Positions 1 through 8,375 of a DNA stretch of 20,000 nucleotides are shown here, one piece after another. The stretch lies in the sequence record SRR2962707_3801; one strand, given 5' to 3'. Position numbers and translations under genes: made by a program. Position 1 is the stretch's first letter. Each line of letters begins with the position of its first letter. A model generated the notes under the pieces. The model was not told where the DNA came from. It did not search any database and saw nothing but the letters and a program-made list of their open reading frames with translations.

Positions 1-108
1 TTTTTCACAGTTTCACATACTGGCAAGGTAGCGCTGATGAAAGCCAAAGAGCAGCGGGATCAACTTTGGGGTAAAATTCCTGAACTCGTTTTTCAAGGAA
101 TCAAATGA
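1..108 (+). CDS. 3' end of probable PadR-family transcriptional regulator (partial)
   Basis: Frame 1 reads FFTVSHTGKVALMKAKEQRDQLWGKIPELVFQGIK*, resembling the PadR wing/C-terminal helix (F.VT..GK.AL...R..LW..IP). Its TGA (106-108) overlaps the permease ATG (ATGA). PadR-permease pairs are common in Bacteroidota. Confidence 0.75.
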   Translation, partial: FFTVSHTGKVALMKAKEQRDQLWGKIPELVFQGIK

Positions 109-2747
109 ACAATGAGCTTAAAGGACCACCTCAATGGATGGATAGAATCATTGAATTCTACTGTCGCAAAGATTTGCTAGAGGATCTTCAGGGTGATCTT
201 CATGAATATTATTTCAGAAACCTTAAAAAAAGTAGGAGAAGAGCCAACCTTATCTACTTTCTGGATGTGCTCAAATTCTGCAGACTATACACAATTCAAA
301 AACCCAAAATAATAGGACAAATGACTTTTTTTAACCTGATGGCTAATTACTTCAAAACAAGTGTGCGAAGCATAGCTAGAAACAAACTTTTTTCTTCGAT
401 CAATATCGTAGGATTGGCAGTATCTATGTCAGTGGGACTACTCATGATCACTTACATCGGAGAGACGCTGACCTTTGACGAATTTCATGAAAAGAAGGAT
501 CGGATTTACAGGGTAACATCGACCTACCAAAGTGTATCGGATGATGATCCTTTCGATTTAGCATCTACCTCAGTGTTCATCGGGGAAAAATTAAAGGAGG
601 AGTACACAGGCTTTGAAAAAGTACTCATTATGCGACGTAATTTCAGTGCTGATATCGCCAAAGGTGAAAACATTATTAATGTAAGGGGTCATTATTCAAC
701 TCCAGAATTTTTTGATGTTTTTTCCTTTGATCTGCAATCCGGTGACCCTTCCACAGCTTTGGTTGATCCCAATTCAATCATCTTAACTGAAAAAGCTGCC
801 GAGAAACTTTTTAAAGATGAGGACCCTGTGGGTCAAGTCGTCACGGCCGGTGAAGAAAGCTATACGGTCACAGGCATAATAAAAGAAGTGCCTCAAAACT
901 CCCATATTCAATTTGAGGCACTCGCATCTTTTTCTACTATAGCAAATGATCATCGGGATGATGAAAACTCATCCTTTTTTACCTGGAGGAGCATCTGGAT
1001 GAACTATGTTTATGTCCTTCTTGACGAAGGGACCACTCCTCAGCAGATCAATGCCAGCCTGATAGAAATTGCTTCTGAGGAGAATGAAAAAACGGATAGA
1101 TTCACGATTACCCATGAGCTGGAAAGCCTGATGGATATTGTTCCGGGCAGAGATCTCTCCAATCAAATCGGCCCAAGTATTAACTGGGAAAGTATTTATC
1201 AGCTTTTAGGTCTCACTTTGATCATCATTTTATCAGCCTGTTTCAACTATACTAACCTGTCAATCGCAAGAGCATTAAGACGAGCTAAAGAAGTGGGAAT
1301 CCGAAAGGTCGTGGGGGCGTCCAGATCACACGTGTTAGCTCAGTTTGTTTTTGAAGCCATCCTTATTGCCATCTTTTCGCTGGTAATCGCAGTGGGACTG
1401 TATCAAATGATCAAACCTGAGTTTGTCGCTTCTGTATTGGATGAGGAAAACATCGGAATGGAGTTTACCTGGATGAACCTGGTGTATTTCATCGGGTTTG
1501 CAATCGTGATAGGTTTTGTCTCAGGAATTCTTCCTTCTGTTGTGCTTTCAAAGTTGAAGGCAATATCCATCCTGACAGATGCAACAAAACTGAAAATGTT
1601 CAAAGGAGTCAATTTGCGTAAAGTTCTTATTGTATTTCAGTTCGCTATTTCCATGGCTTTGATCATAGGAGCTACAATTACCTACAGGCAATACAACTTC
1701 TCTATCAATTATGATCTTGGCTTTAATACCGAGAATATCTTGAATATGGAGTTGTTTAGGAATGATTCTGAGTTATTGATGAATGAGCTCGCCAAACTAC
1801 CGGAGATAAAAGAGATGTCTCGTTCTGGAATGATCCCGAGTACTGGTGAGATATGGGGAGATGAGTTGAAGTATAAAGACCCGATGGATTCAGTCTCCAT
1901 TTACTTTAATCGGGTAGATAAAAACTACCCGGGTGTGCATGGTATGAAATTCTTGGCAGGCGGAACGTTCCCTTATGATATGAAGGAAGGTGAGGAGGAC
2001 CCTAAATTCATCATCATAGACCGGTCGCTAAGTGAACGTTTTGGATTTAACAAGCCAGAGGAAGCATTGGGAGAAATACTGTATCTACAGAGAAGAAATG
2101 AAGATGATCTGCCTGTTCAGATTACCGGAGTGATCGAAAACTACCAGTATCAGAACCTGGCAAGCGACCCGGAACCCACAGCGTTGATACCAGGAGGCAA
2201 AGACGATCTTTATAATATCAACATGGTTGTTAGCTCCACAGATATCATAGGTCTGATGGATAAAATGGAAAAAATATGGACCGATTTAGAGAAAGTGCAT
2301 CCTTTTACTGCGGAGTTTCTGGATGAACAAATTCAATCATCCTATGCCCATTACAAAGTGATTTTCAGAATATTCACCTTTCTGGCAATATTGGCAATAA
2401 CAATATCAACGATGGGGTTATTGGGGATGGCTGTTTTCACTACAGAAACGAGAATCAAAGAAGTAAGCATCAGGAAAGTACTGGGAGCAACTGAGCAAAA
2501 CCTGATCATGATTTTATCGAGAAGTTTTATGATTATGCTTTTCATTTCGGCTGTAATAGCTATTCCATTGACGTATTTCTTTTTTACGGAATACATTCTT
2601 GGAGAATTTAAAAAGCGGATTGATATTGGTCTGACGGAACTACTTCCCGGCGTTCTATTGATTTTTCTTATTGGTTTCCTGACAATTAGCTGGCAAACCA
2701 TCAAAGCAGCTAAAACCAACCCTGCAGATATGTTGAGAGATGAGTGA
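105..2747 (+). CDS. ABC transporter permease, MacB/FtsX family (duplicated), with N-terminal 'permease prefix' extension
   Basis: 880 aa. NYFKTSVRSIARNKLFSSINIVGLAVSMS start, two FtsX motifs (RAKEVGIRKVVGA, RIKEVSIRKVLGA), two MacB-like periplasmic domains, C-terminal AAKTNPADMLRDE and N-terminal PP.W...LLEDLQGDLHE prefix. Confidence 0.93.
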   Translation: MNNELKGPPQWMDRIIEFYCRKDLLEDLQGDLHEYYFRNLKKSRRRANLIYFLDVLKFCRLYTIQKPKIIGQMTFFNLMANYFKTSVRSIARNKLFSSINIVGLAVSMSVGLLMITYIGETLTFDEFHEKKDRIYRVTSTYQSVSDDDPFDLASTSVFIGEKLKEEYTGFEKVLIMRRNFSADIAKGENIINVRGHYSTPEFFDVFSFDLQSGDPSTALVDPNSIILTEKAAEKLFKDEDPVGQVVTAGEESYTVTGIIKEVPQNSHIQFEALASFSTIANDHRDDENSSFFTWRSIWMNYVYVLLDEGTTPQQINASLIEIASEENEKTDRFTITHELESLMDIVPGRDLSNQIGPSINWESIYQLLGLTLIIILSACFNYTNLSIARALRRAKEVGIRKVVGASRSHVLAQFVFEAILIAIFSLVIAVGLYQMIKPEFVASVLDEENIGMEFTWMNLVYFIGFAIVIGFVSGILPSVVLSKLKAISILTDATKLKMFKGVNLRKVLIVFQFAISMALIIGATITYRQYNFSINYDLGFNTENILNMELFRNDSELLMNELAKLPEIKEMSRSGMIPSTGEIWGDELKYKDPMDSVSIYFNRVDKNYPGVHGMKFLAGGTFPYDMKEGEEDPKFIIIDRSLSERFGFNKPEEALGEILYLQRRNEDDLPVQITGVIENYQYQNLASDPEPTALIPGGKDDLYNINMVVSSTDIIGLMDKMEKIWTDLEKVHPFTAEFLDEQIQSSYAHYKVIFRIFTFLAILAITISTMGLLGMAVFTTETRIKEVSIRKVLGATEQNLIMILSRSFMIMLFISAVIAIPLTYFFFTEYILGEFKKRIDIGLTELLPGVLLIFLIGFLTISWQTIKAAKTNPADMLRDE

Positions 2748-2775
2748 TTGATTTGATCTTACTATCTTTTCTCTT

Positions 2776-3315
2776 ATGAACAGAGAAGACGCAAAAGAGA
2801 TATTACTCTCCATGACTGAAAGCGACAGCCTGCTTCGTCATGCACGAACTGTCGAATTGGTCATGGAAGCATACGCTGAAAAATTCAAAGAAGATCCGGA
2901 AGAGTGGGCAATCACCGGAATGCTGCATGATGCAGACTATGAAAAGTACCCTGAGGAGCATCCAAATAGAATAGTTACACTTCTGCGTGAAAAAGGAGAA
3001 GAGAAGATTGCTCATGCGATTTCTGCCCACTATACCAAGTGGAACGTACCTTACGAGACGACTTTAGATAAAGCGCTGTTGGCGTGTGATGAACTGACCG
3101 GCTTCATCGTGGCATGCTGTCAGGTAAGGCCGGAAGGCATACAGACACTTTCAGCCAAATCAGTAAAAAAGAAGCTCAAACAAAAAAGCTTTGCAGCCAA
3201 AGTGGAGCGCGACGAGATAGCTGCCGGAGTAGAGATGCTAGCCGTGGATATAACAGATCACATTAACTTTATCATAGATGTGCTGAAAAAGCATAAGGAA
3301 GAACTCGACATCTAA
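2776..3315 (+). CDS. HD-superfamily (HDIG-type) metal-dependent phosphohydrolase
   Basis: 179 aa with H...GMLHDAD...EEHP...HAISAH...CDE metal-binding pattern and KKKLKQKSFAAKVER motif. Confidence 0.85.
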   Translation: MNREDAKEILLSMTESDSLLRHARTVELVMEAYAEKFKEDPEEWAITGMLHDADYEKYPEEHPNRIVTLLREKGEEKIAHAISAHYTKWNVPYETTLDKALLACDELTGFIVACCQVRPEGIQTLSAKSVKKKLKQKSFAAKVERDEIAAGVEMLAVDITDHINFIIDVLKKHKEELDI

Positions 3316-3325
3316 AACACACATT

Positions 3326-3871
3326 ATGAAAAAGAAATTATTAATCGGATTTGGCATTTTGATCCTGTTGATCATTGCTGCCTTCTTTTATCTCAACAAT
3401 AGAAACAGGACATTGAGTCCTCCGGGACAGACATCTGCGACCGCCAATGGTGACACGGTTTCAGTGGAATATTCCCGTCCATCCGTTCGAGATCGTATGG
3501 TTTTTGGCGAAGCGGAGGAAGGAGCTTTGCAGCCATATGGTGTGTACTGGAGATTAGGAGCAAATGAACCGACTTTCCTGGACGTCAATTACGATTTCCA
3601 ATTTGGAGATACGGATATGGATGCGGGAAAATATGTTATCTATGCGATTCCTGGCGAGGGTGAAATGGAGCTTCGGTTAAACTCAGATCTTCGGTTTTGG
3701 GGCTATACTGAGCCGGATTATTCGATGGATGTGGCCACCACTGTAGTTCCTATGCAGAATGCGACACATACTGAACAGTTTACCATAAATGCCCAGCCTG
3801 ATTCGTTAGGAGTGCGTTTGGTGTTTTCATGGGATAGATACCAATGGGAGCTGCCAATAGAAAAGCAATAG
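3326..3871 (+). CDS. DUF2911 domain-containing protein
   Basis: N-terminal TM/signal, then LSPP...VEYSRPSVRDRMVFG...PYGVYWRLGANEPT, the characteristic DUF2911 signature. Confidence 0.88.
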   Translation: MKKKLLIGFGILILLIIAAFFYLNNRNRTLSPPGQTSATANGDTVSVEYSRPSVRDRMVFGEAEEGALQPYGVYWRLGANEPTFLDVNYDFQFGDTDMDAGKYVIYAIPGEGEMELRLNSDLRFWGYTEPDYSMDVATTVVPMQNATHTEQFTINAQPDSLGVRLVFSWDRYQWELPIEKQ

Positions 3872-3890
3872 CCTTAAAATTAAGGTATGT

Positions 3891-3926
3891 AGTCATCCTA
3901 CCACTTGAAGTGGTAGGACGACTTTT
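3891..3926. terminator. Probable intrinsic terminator between convergent genes
   Basis: Inverted repeat AGTCATCCTACCACTT-G-AAGTGGTAGGACGACT (16-nt arms, one mismatch) ending in a T-run on +, located between the stops at 3871 (+) and 3927 (-). Confidence 0.75.
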
Positions 3927-4637
3927 CTAAAAATCATACTGAAAAGTTACCTGGATTGAAGGATGCCGTTCCACAATTCCATTAGCACTTGCATGCTGAT
4001 GTAAGTACGCTAATTGTATATTTCCATTCCCAACATTTTTGCCTATCCCGGCATATATCCAGTTTTGATTATAAGTTGCCTGCCTGAAGTTACCATCAGT
4101 GGATACCCACAATTCATCAAAAACATGTATAAAATACTTATCTGAGAGGGGTTTTCTCCAGGTTAGTCTGTATCTGAATCGGTTACTGAAGTTATAACCA
4201 TCTATTTCTACTGCTCCACCGGGAGGTCTTTCAATCAGATTTCCCTGATACCTATGCTCTATTCTATATCTATGTGAAAATGTGGATTTACCAAGCGATT
4301 GATTGATCGTAACTTGTTCCCAAAAATTATGTTCTGGTAAGGTCCCTAGTAAAGGATATTCCCCGTAAGGATGTGTTTTTATATAGGAATATCCTACTGA
4401 ATAGATTACACTTTCTCCTGGTGCGAAATTCACAAAAGGGCGAAGAATAAACTGCTTATTGTCGCTCAAAAAATCTGTTCGACGGATATGCAATTCATTC
4501 CCTACCGTCCATTTTTCATTGATTTTATAATGATTTAGAAGCAGAAACCAGAACTCTGAATCACCATGAATGTCATCCTGTGCTTGTGATTGGAATCCGA
4601 TAATAAGCAAAAAGATAATTAACAATAACTTTTTCAT
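3927..4637 (-). CDS. DUF2490 family outer-membrane beta-barrel protein
   Basis: Signal peptide, then EHNFWEQ, SHRYRIEHRY, NRFRYRL and FDELW motifs, with a C-terminal aromatic (YDF) typical of OM barrels. Confidence 0.85.
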   Translation of the reverse strand: MKKLLLIIFLLIIGFQSQAQDDIHGDSEFWFLLLNHYKINEKWTVGNELHIRRTDFLSDNKQFILRPFVNFAPGESVIYSVGYSYIKTHPYGEYPLLGTLPEHNFWEQVTINQSLGKSTFSHRYRIEHRYQGNLIERPPGGAVEIDGYNFSNRFRYRLTWRKPLSDKYFIHVFDELWVSTDGNFRQATYNQNWIYAGIGKNVGNGNIQLAYLHQHASANGIVERHPSIQVTFQYDF

Positions 4638-4700
4638 ACTTCAAGTATAAGGCCTGAATTGGTTTGAAAAAGTTATAGACCTCTTATTTACTTAAATAGT

Positions 4701-5342
4701 TCATTCTTTTTCTATTATCTGATCCACTTCCTTGATCATTTTATTTACCGTCATGGTGAAATTAACAGGCGACACAGCCTTATTAACCAGTAGGCTATCC
4801 ATTTCTTCAAAGACATGCTTCTCTATGGCCAATTGTACTGAATCACTCCCCCAATATGGGCTGTGAAATAACATCGCATTTTTTATGTGCAACTGCGCAT
4901 ATCGTAATGCAATGTTGGCCTTTTCCATTTGATTGGTTTCGGCGTACATTTCTGATATCTCCAGTTCGGCGTGAGCCAGATTATTCAACGCATATTCAAA
5001 AGTTGACCTCAAATCGATCGAACTGATAGAGTCTTTCACAATGCTTCTGTGTACTTCTTCGAGACGACTAATGGATTCTTCGAGCTTTTGAAAGCTCTCA
5101 TCATCCACATCTTTCTCCAGCTTCCAGATTGACTCAATGGCTTTCTCTAAACTGAATGCACTCATTTCATGACGCTCCTCTTCTTCATAGTGAGCCACAT
5201 TTTTGAGGTGATAATCTGGCATTTTGGCTGCTGCGCTAAGCGTCGGATGTTGTTCAATTTCAGGTTCCTGGTTGTAAAAATAGAATATTGCAAAAAGGGC
5301 AAATATTCCAATAACGATAATGGCGACTTGTTGCTTTTTCAT
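4701..5342 (-). CDS. Hypothetical membrane-anchored alpha-helical protein (paralog A)
   Basis: 213 aa ORF with an N-terminal TM and helical acidic body. Shares the LN.LA.AE..ISE......A..AL..AQLH.KNA motif with the neighbouring gene. Confidence 0.8.
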   Translation of the reverse strand: MKKQQVAIIVIGIFALFAIFYFYNQEPEIEQHPTLSAAAKMPDYHLKNVAHYEEEERHEMSAFSLEKAIESIWKLEKDVDDESFQKLEESISRLEEVHRSIVKDSISSIDLRSTFEYALNNLAHAELEISEMYAETNQMEKANIALRYAQLHIKNAMLFHSPYWGSDSVQLAIEKHVFEEMDSLLVNKAVSPVNFTMTVNKMIKEVDQIIEKE

Positions 5343-5421
5343 TGTGTTAGATGTTTAGTTTTGGATATTGACCGATCTATCTTAAGGATCAGCCTTTTTT
5401 TGACGTCCTGATATTTAGTTT

Positions 5422-6186
5422 TTAATTATTTCTTGACTTTATAAGTCCAATTAGAGAGTCCAATTCATTGGATATTTTATTCAAACGTGCATCCACCATA
5501 GTTACCGAAATAGAGTCACTTGCAATCAGGCTGTCTAGCTCTTTGAAAATATCAGCTTCCAGGCTTTTTATTTCTGCACCATTTTGCTGATTAGCATAGT
5601 CCATTAGGTAAGCATTTTTCACATGTAATTGTGCTTGCTTTAAGGCTAGCATCGCCAACTCATTTTGGCTGGTCCTGAGAGCTGACTCTGAGATATTCAC
5701 CTCGGCTTTCGCCAGCGTGTTAAGGGTAAAATAGAACGCACTTTGAATATCCCGATGACGGAGCGAGTCACCCATGATTTCTTGATCTATTTTTTTAAGC
5801 TCGTTGATTGCTTCATCCAGAAGTTCCTGCTGACTCAGGTTAGGGTATTCTTCGTAGGTCTTTAACGATTCAATGATTTCCTCAAGGTGTATGATGCTTC
5901 TATGATGCAGAATTTTGAGTCTGATTGAAACATCCTCGTATACATTTCCCTTCATCGTGTCGAGAACAGATTTCAGCTCATTAACTGCTTTAAGGGCTTT
6001 TTCCAGGTGGTATTCATTTCTCGCAAACCGATCACGGTATTTGTCCAGGTTCTCCGCTTGCTGTTTTGTAAGCTTGGGAATGGATTCAGGCTCCACCTGA
6101 TACGTCGTGGTATTTCTATGGGCTACATAGACAATAATGAAAATAATCAGGAGTACCATAAATAGAATTTTCGTTGATTTGTTCAT
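5422..6186 (-). CDS. Hypothetical membrane-anchored alpha-helical protein (paralog B)
   Basis: 254 aa ORF with an N-terminal TM. LNTLAKAEVNISE...AMLALKQAQLHVKNA aligns with paralog A. Confidence 0.8.
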   Translation of the reverse strand: MNKSTKILFMVLLIIFIIVYVAHRNTTTYQVEPESIPKLTKQQAENLDKYRDRFARNEYHLEKALKAVNELKSVLDTMKGNVYEDVSIRLKILHHRSIIHLEEIIESLKTYEEYPNLSQQELLDEAINELKKIDQEIMGDSLRHRDIQSAFYFTLNTLAKAEVNISESALRTSQNELAMLALKQAQLHVKNAYLMDYANQQNGAEIKSLEADIFKELDSLIASDSISVTMVDARLNKISNELDSLIGLIKSRNN

Positions 6187-6244
6187 GGCCTTATTTTTTT
6201 AATTTTTTATGTTAATTCCTCATAGCTATTTCATGCCAGGTTTT

Positions 6245-6919
6245 TTAAGACCCCAGCAGATCCTTGTAATTTTTGTTGATATACTCTTCGATTGAGTCAT
6301 AAAAATCTTCCAGCTCCATCTGGAAGATGTTGATAGTAACCGGAGAGGATGAATGTAGATCCAGCTCCAGCTGTCTAATTTCATCGTGATCGTCTTTTAA
6401 AATCCTGATTTTCTGTATTTCAGCCACATTAAACCGCCCCTCCATTTCATTGTCTTTATATTCAATGAAGTCTGGAGTGAGTTTTAAAAAATCATTGTAG
6501 TTATTGATGCCGGAAATAAGCTTTCCTGCAATGGGTAAAACGATGACAACACCAGCCCAAATGAAAAACCTAAAATCATTGACATTATAAGTGAGAAATA
6601 GAAAAATCACTATGGCTGGTATCAATAGGTAAATCAATGCCTGTATGACCAGTTTTCGCTTATGATTTCTAAAGACTAAACCACCATCTTCTGGCTTGAT
6701 TGAGACAGGAAACAGGATTTCTTCCCATAGGATCAGGATCATGATGGTTACGGCGGAACTCACTAAGAATTCCGCCATATAGATATTTATAAAACCTTCA
6801 TATTCGGGCTGCCTTTTCTCAAAAAGTTGGCCGGACAGAAAAAATACGAGCACAAAAATGATTGCCAATATTCCGAGACTAAAGTCTTTCGGGTATGTTT
6901 TTCTTATAATTTTTGTCAT
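6245..6919 (-). CDS. Hypothetical inner-membrane protein (about 4 TM helices plus soluble C-terminal domain)
   Basis: 224 aa with four hydrophobic segments followed by a hydrophilic beta-rich tail. Starts 15 bp after the OMF stop. Confidence 0.8.
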   Translation of the reverse strand: MTKIIRKTYPKDFSLGILAIIFVLVFFLSGQLFEKRQPEYEGFINIYMAEFLVSSAVTIMILILWEEILFPVSIKPEDGGLVFRNHKRKLVIQALIYLLIPAIVIFLFLTYNVNDFRFFIWAGVVIVLPIAGKLISGINNYNDFLKLTPDFIEYKDNEMEGRFNVAEIQKIRILKDDHDEIRQLELDLHSSSPVTINIFQMELEDFYDSIEEYINKNYKDLLGS

Positions 6920-6934
6920 ACTATGGGTATTATA

Positions 6935-8365
6935 TTATTTCCATCCACCACCTAAGGCACGATAAATATTTACAGATGCCTGTAGTTGCGCCATCTTCGT
7001 TTCAACCAGTTCAAATTCGGATTCAAGCGCCTCTTCCTGAGTTAGCAATACTTCTATGTAATCAGCTCTAGCGTTTCTGAAAAGATTATTAGAGATGTCA
7101 ATCGACTCATTCAAGTATTGGACTTGCTGGAGTTTAAATCTGTAGCTCTGTCTCAGGTTTTGAAAGTTGGATATCTGATTGGCAACTTCCACGTACGCAT
7201 TTAGTATCGTTTGCTCATATTCAATTGCAGCTTGAATTTGTCTGGCGTTTGAATTCTGATACAGTGCCTTGATCGCGTTTCGGTTGACTAATGGTGCCAT
7301 CAATTCACCGCCGATTCCATACATGAGCGATTCAGGAGTCTCAAGCAGATATTTCGCATTAAATGCCTGATAGCCGATACCCGCACCGATCTCAAGGCGG
7401 GGATAAAACCGTGCTTTTGCCACCTTAACATCTAGCTTCGAAGCAGCTAACTCCATCTCTGCCTGTCTGATGTCTGGTCTGTTTTCCAAAAGCTGGGATG
7501 GAAGACCCACTTGCAGACTGTCTGATATTAGTGCATCAAAGCCTCCGAAAGACCTTACAACTCGCTGAGGAAACCTCCCAACCAAAAAATTGATTTCGTT
7601 CTCTACCTCAATGATGTCCTGACTGATTTCAAAAACCAGACTCTTTGTACCTGCAAGCTGTGCTTCAAAACGCTTGACGGCTAGCTCTGTCACTCTTGCG
7701 GATTGCTTCTGCACCTTCACTATTTCCAACGCATTGCTTTGGATAGCTATGTTTTGCTGAACAATAGCCAGCTGTTTATCTAGCGCCAGTAGTTCATAAT
7801 AGGCATTTGCAATCTCAGATATCAGATTCGTCACCAAAAAATTTCGCCCCTCAATGGAAGCTAAATATCTCGTCAATGCAGATTTCTTAGCATTTCGTAA
7901 CTTCTTCCATATATCCACCTCCCAATTGGCATAGGCACCAAACCCAAAGTCAGATAAGGGTTCCGGAAACTCATCTCCTTCGTGAATAGGAAGATTTTTT
8001 TCGACAGCTCCCGCACGAGTGAATTCACCCGGCTTATCCAATCCGGCACCCATACCTACATCCACAGAAGGCAGGTATTCTCCCTTTCGTATTCGTACCT
8101 CATTCTTCAGCATTTCCATCTCTCTCATGAAAATGTTAAGCTCCTGATTGTTTGCCAGTGCTGTGTCAATTAAAGCGATGAGATTTTCATCATCGAAATA
8201 TTCCTGCCACCTAACATTTGATAGGTTGGTGGTATCATTCGTTTGAGCATACAATTCGGGCACTGTTTGGTTTGACTCCCGAATGTTCAGTTCGGGAATG
8301 CATGATGTCATAAGCATAGCTATCAAGACAACTGACAGACTATGTATTATACTTTCCGTTTTCAT
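6935..8365 (-). CDS. TolC/OprM(NodT)-family outer-membrane efflux lipoprotein
   Basis: Lipobox LMTSC, then WQEYFDD..L..LIDTALANN, WEVDIW, LLENRPDIRQAE and C-terminal YRALGGGW. Start taken at ATG 8365; ATG 8395, overlapping the RND 3' end, is an alternative. Confidence 0.93.
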   Translation of the reverse strand: MKTESIIHSLSVVLIAMLMTSCIPELNIRESNQTVPELYAQTNDTTNLSNVRWQEYFDDENLIALIDTALANNQELNIFMREMEMLKNEVRIRKGEYLPSVDVGMGAGLDKPGEFTRAGAVEKNLPIHEGDEFPEPLSDFGFGAYANWEVDIWKKLRNAKKSALTRYLASIEGRNFLVTNLISEIANAYYELLALDKQLAIVQQNIAIQSNALEIVKVQKQSARVTELAVKRFEAQLAGTKSLVFEISQDIIEVENEINFLVGRFPQRVVRSFGGFDALISDSLQVGLPSQLLENRPDIRQAEMELAASKLDVKVAKARFYPRLEIGAGIGYQAFNAKYLLETPESLMYGIGGELMAPLVNRNAIKALYQNSNARQIQAAIEYEQTILNAYVEVANQISNFQNLRQSYRFKLQQVQYLNESIDISNNLFRNARADYIEVLLTQEEALESEFELVETKMAQLQASVNIYRALGGGWK

Positions 8366-8375
8366 AAGTCGTATT

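Noticed and set aside
2776..3315. HD protein as part of a defence or toxin system
   Set aside because: No neighbouring nucleotidyltransferase, helicase, cas or effector genes; it resembles a widespread stand-alone HD hydrolase.
969..3588. Minus-strand ORFs of 63-122 aa opposite the permease, HD and DUF2911 genes
   Set aside because: They are antisense shadows with no independent evidence.
3891..3923. Palindrome considered as a REP/MITE or CRISPR repeat
   Set aside because: Only one copy was seen in the window, with no spacers, transposase or cas genes. Its position between convergent stops fits a terminator.
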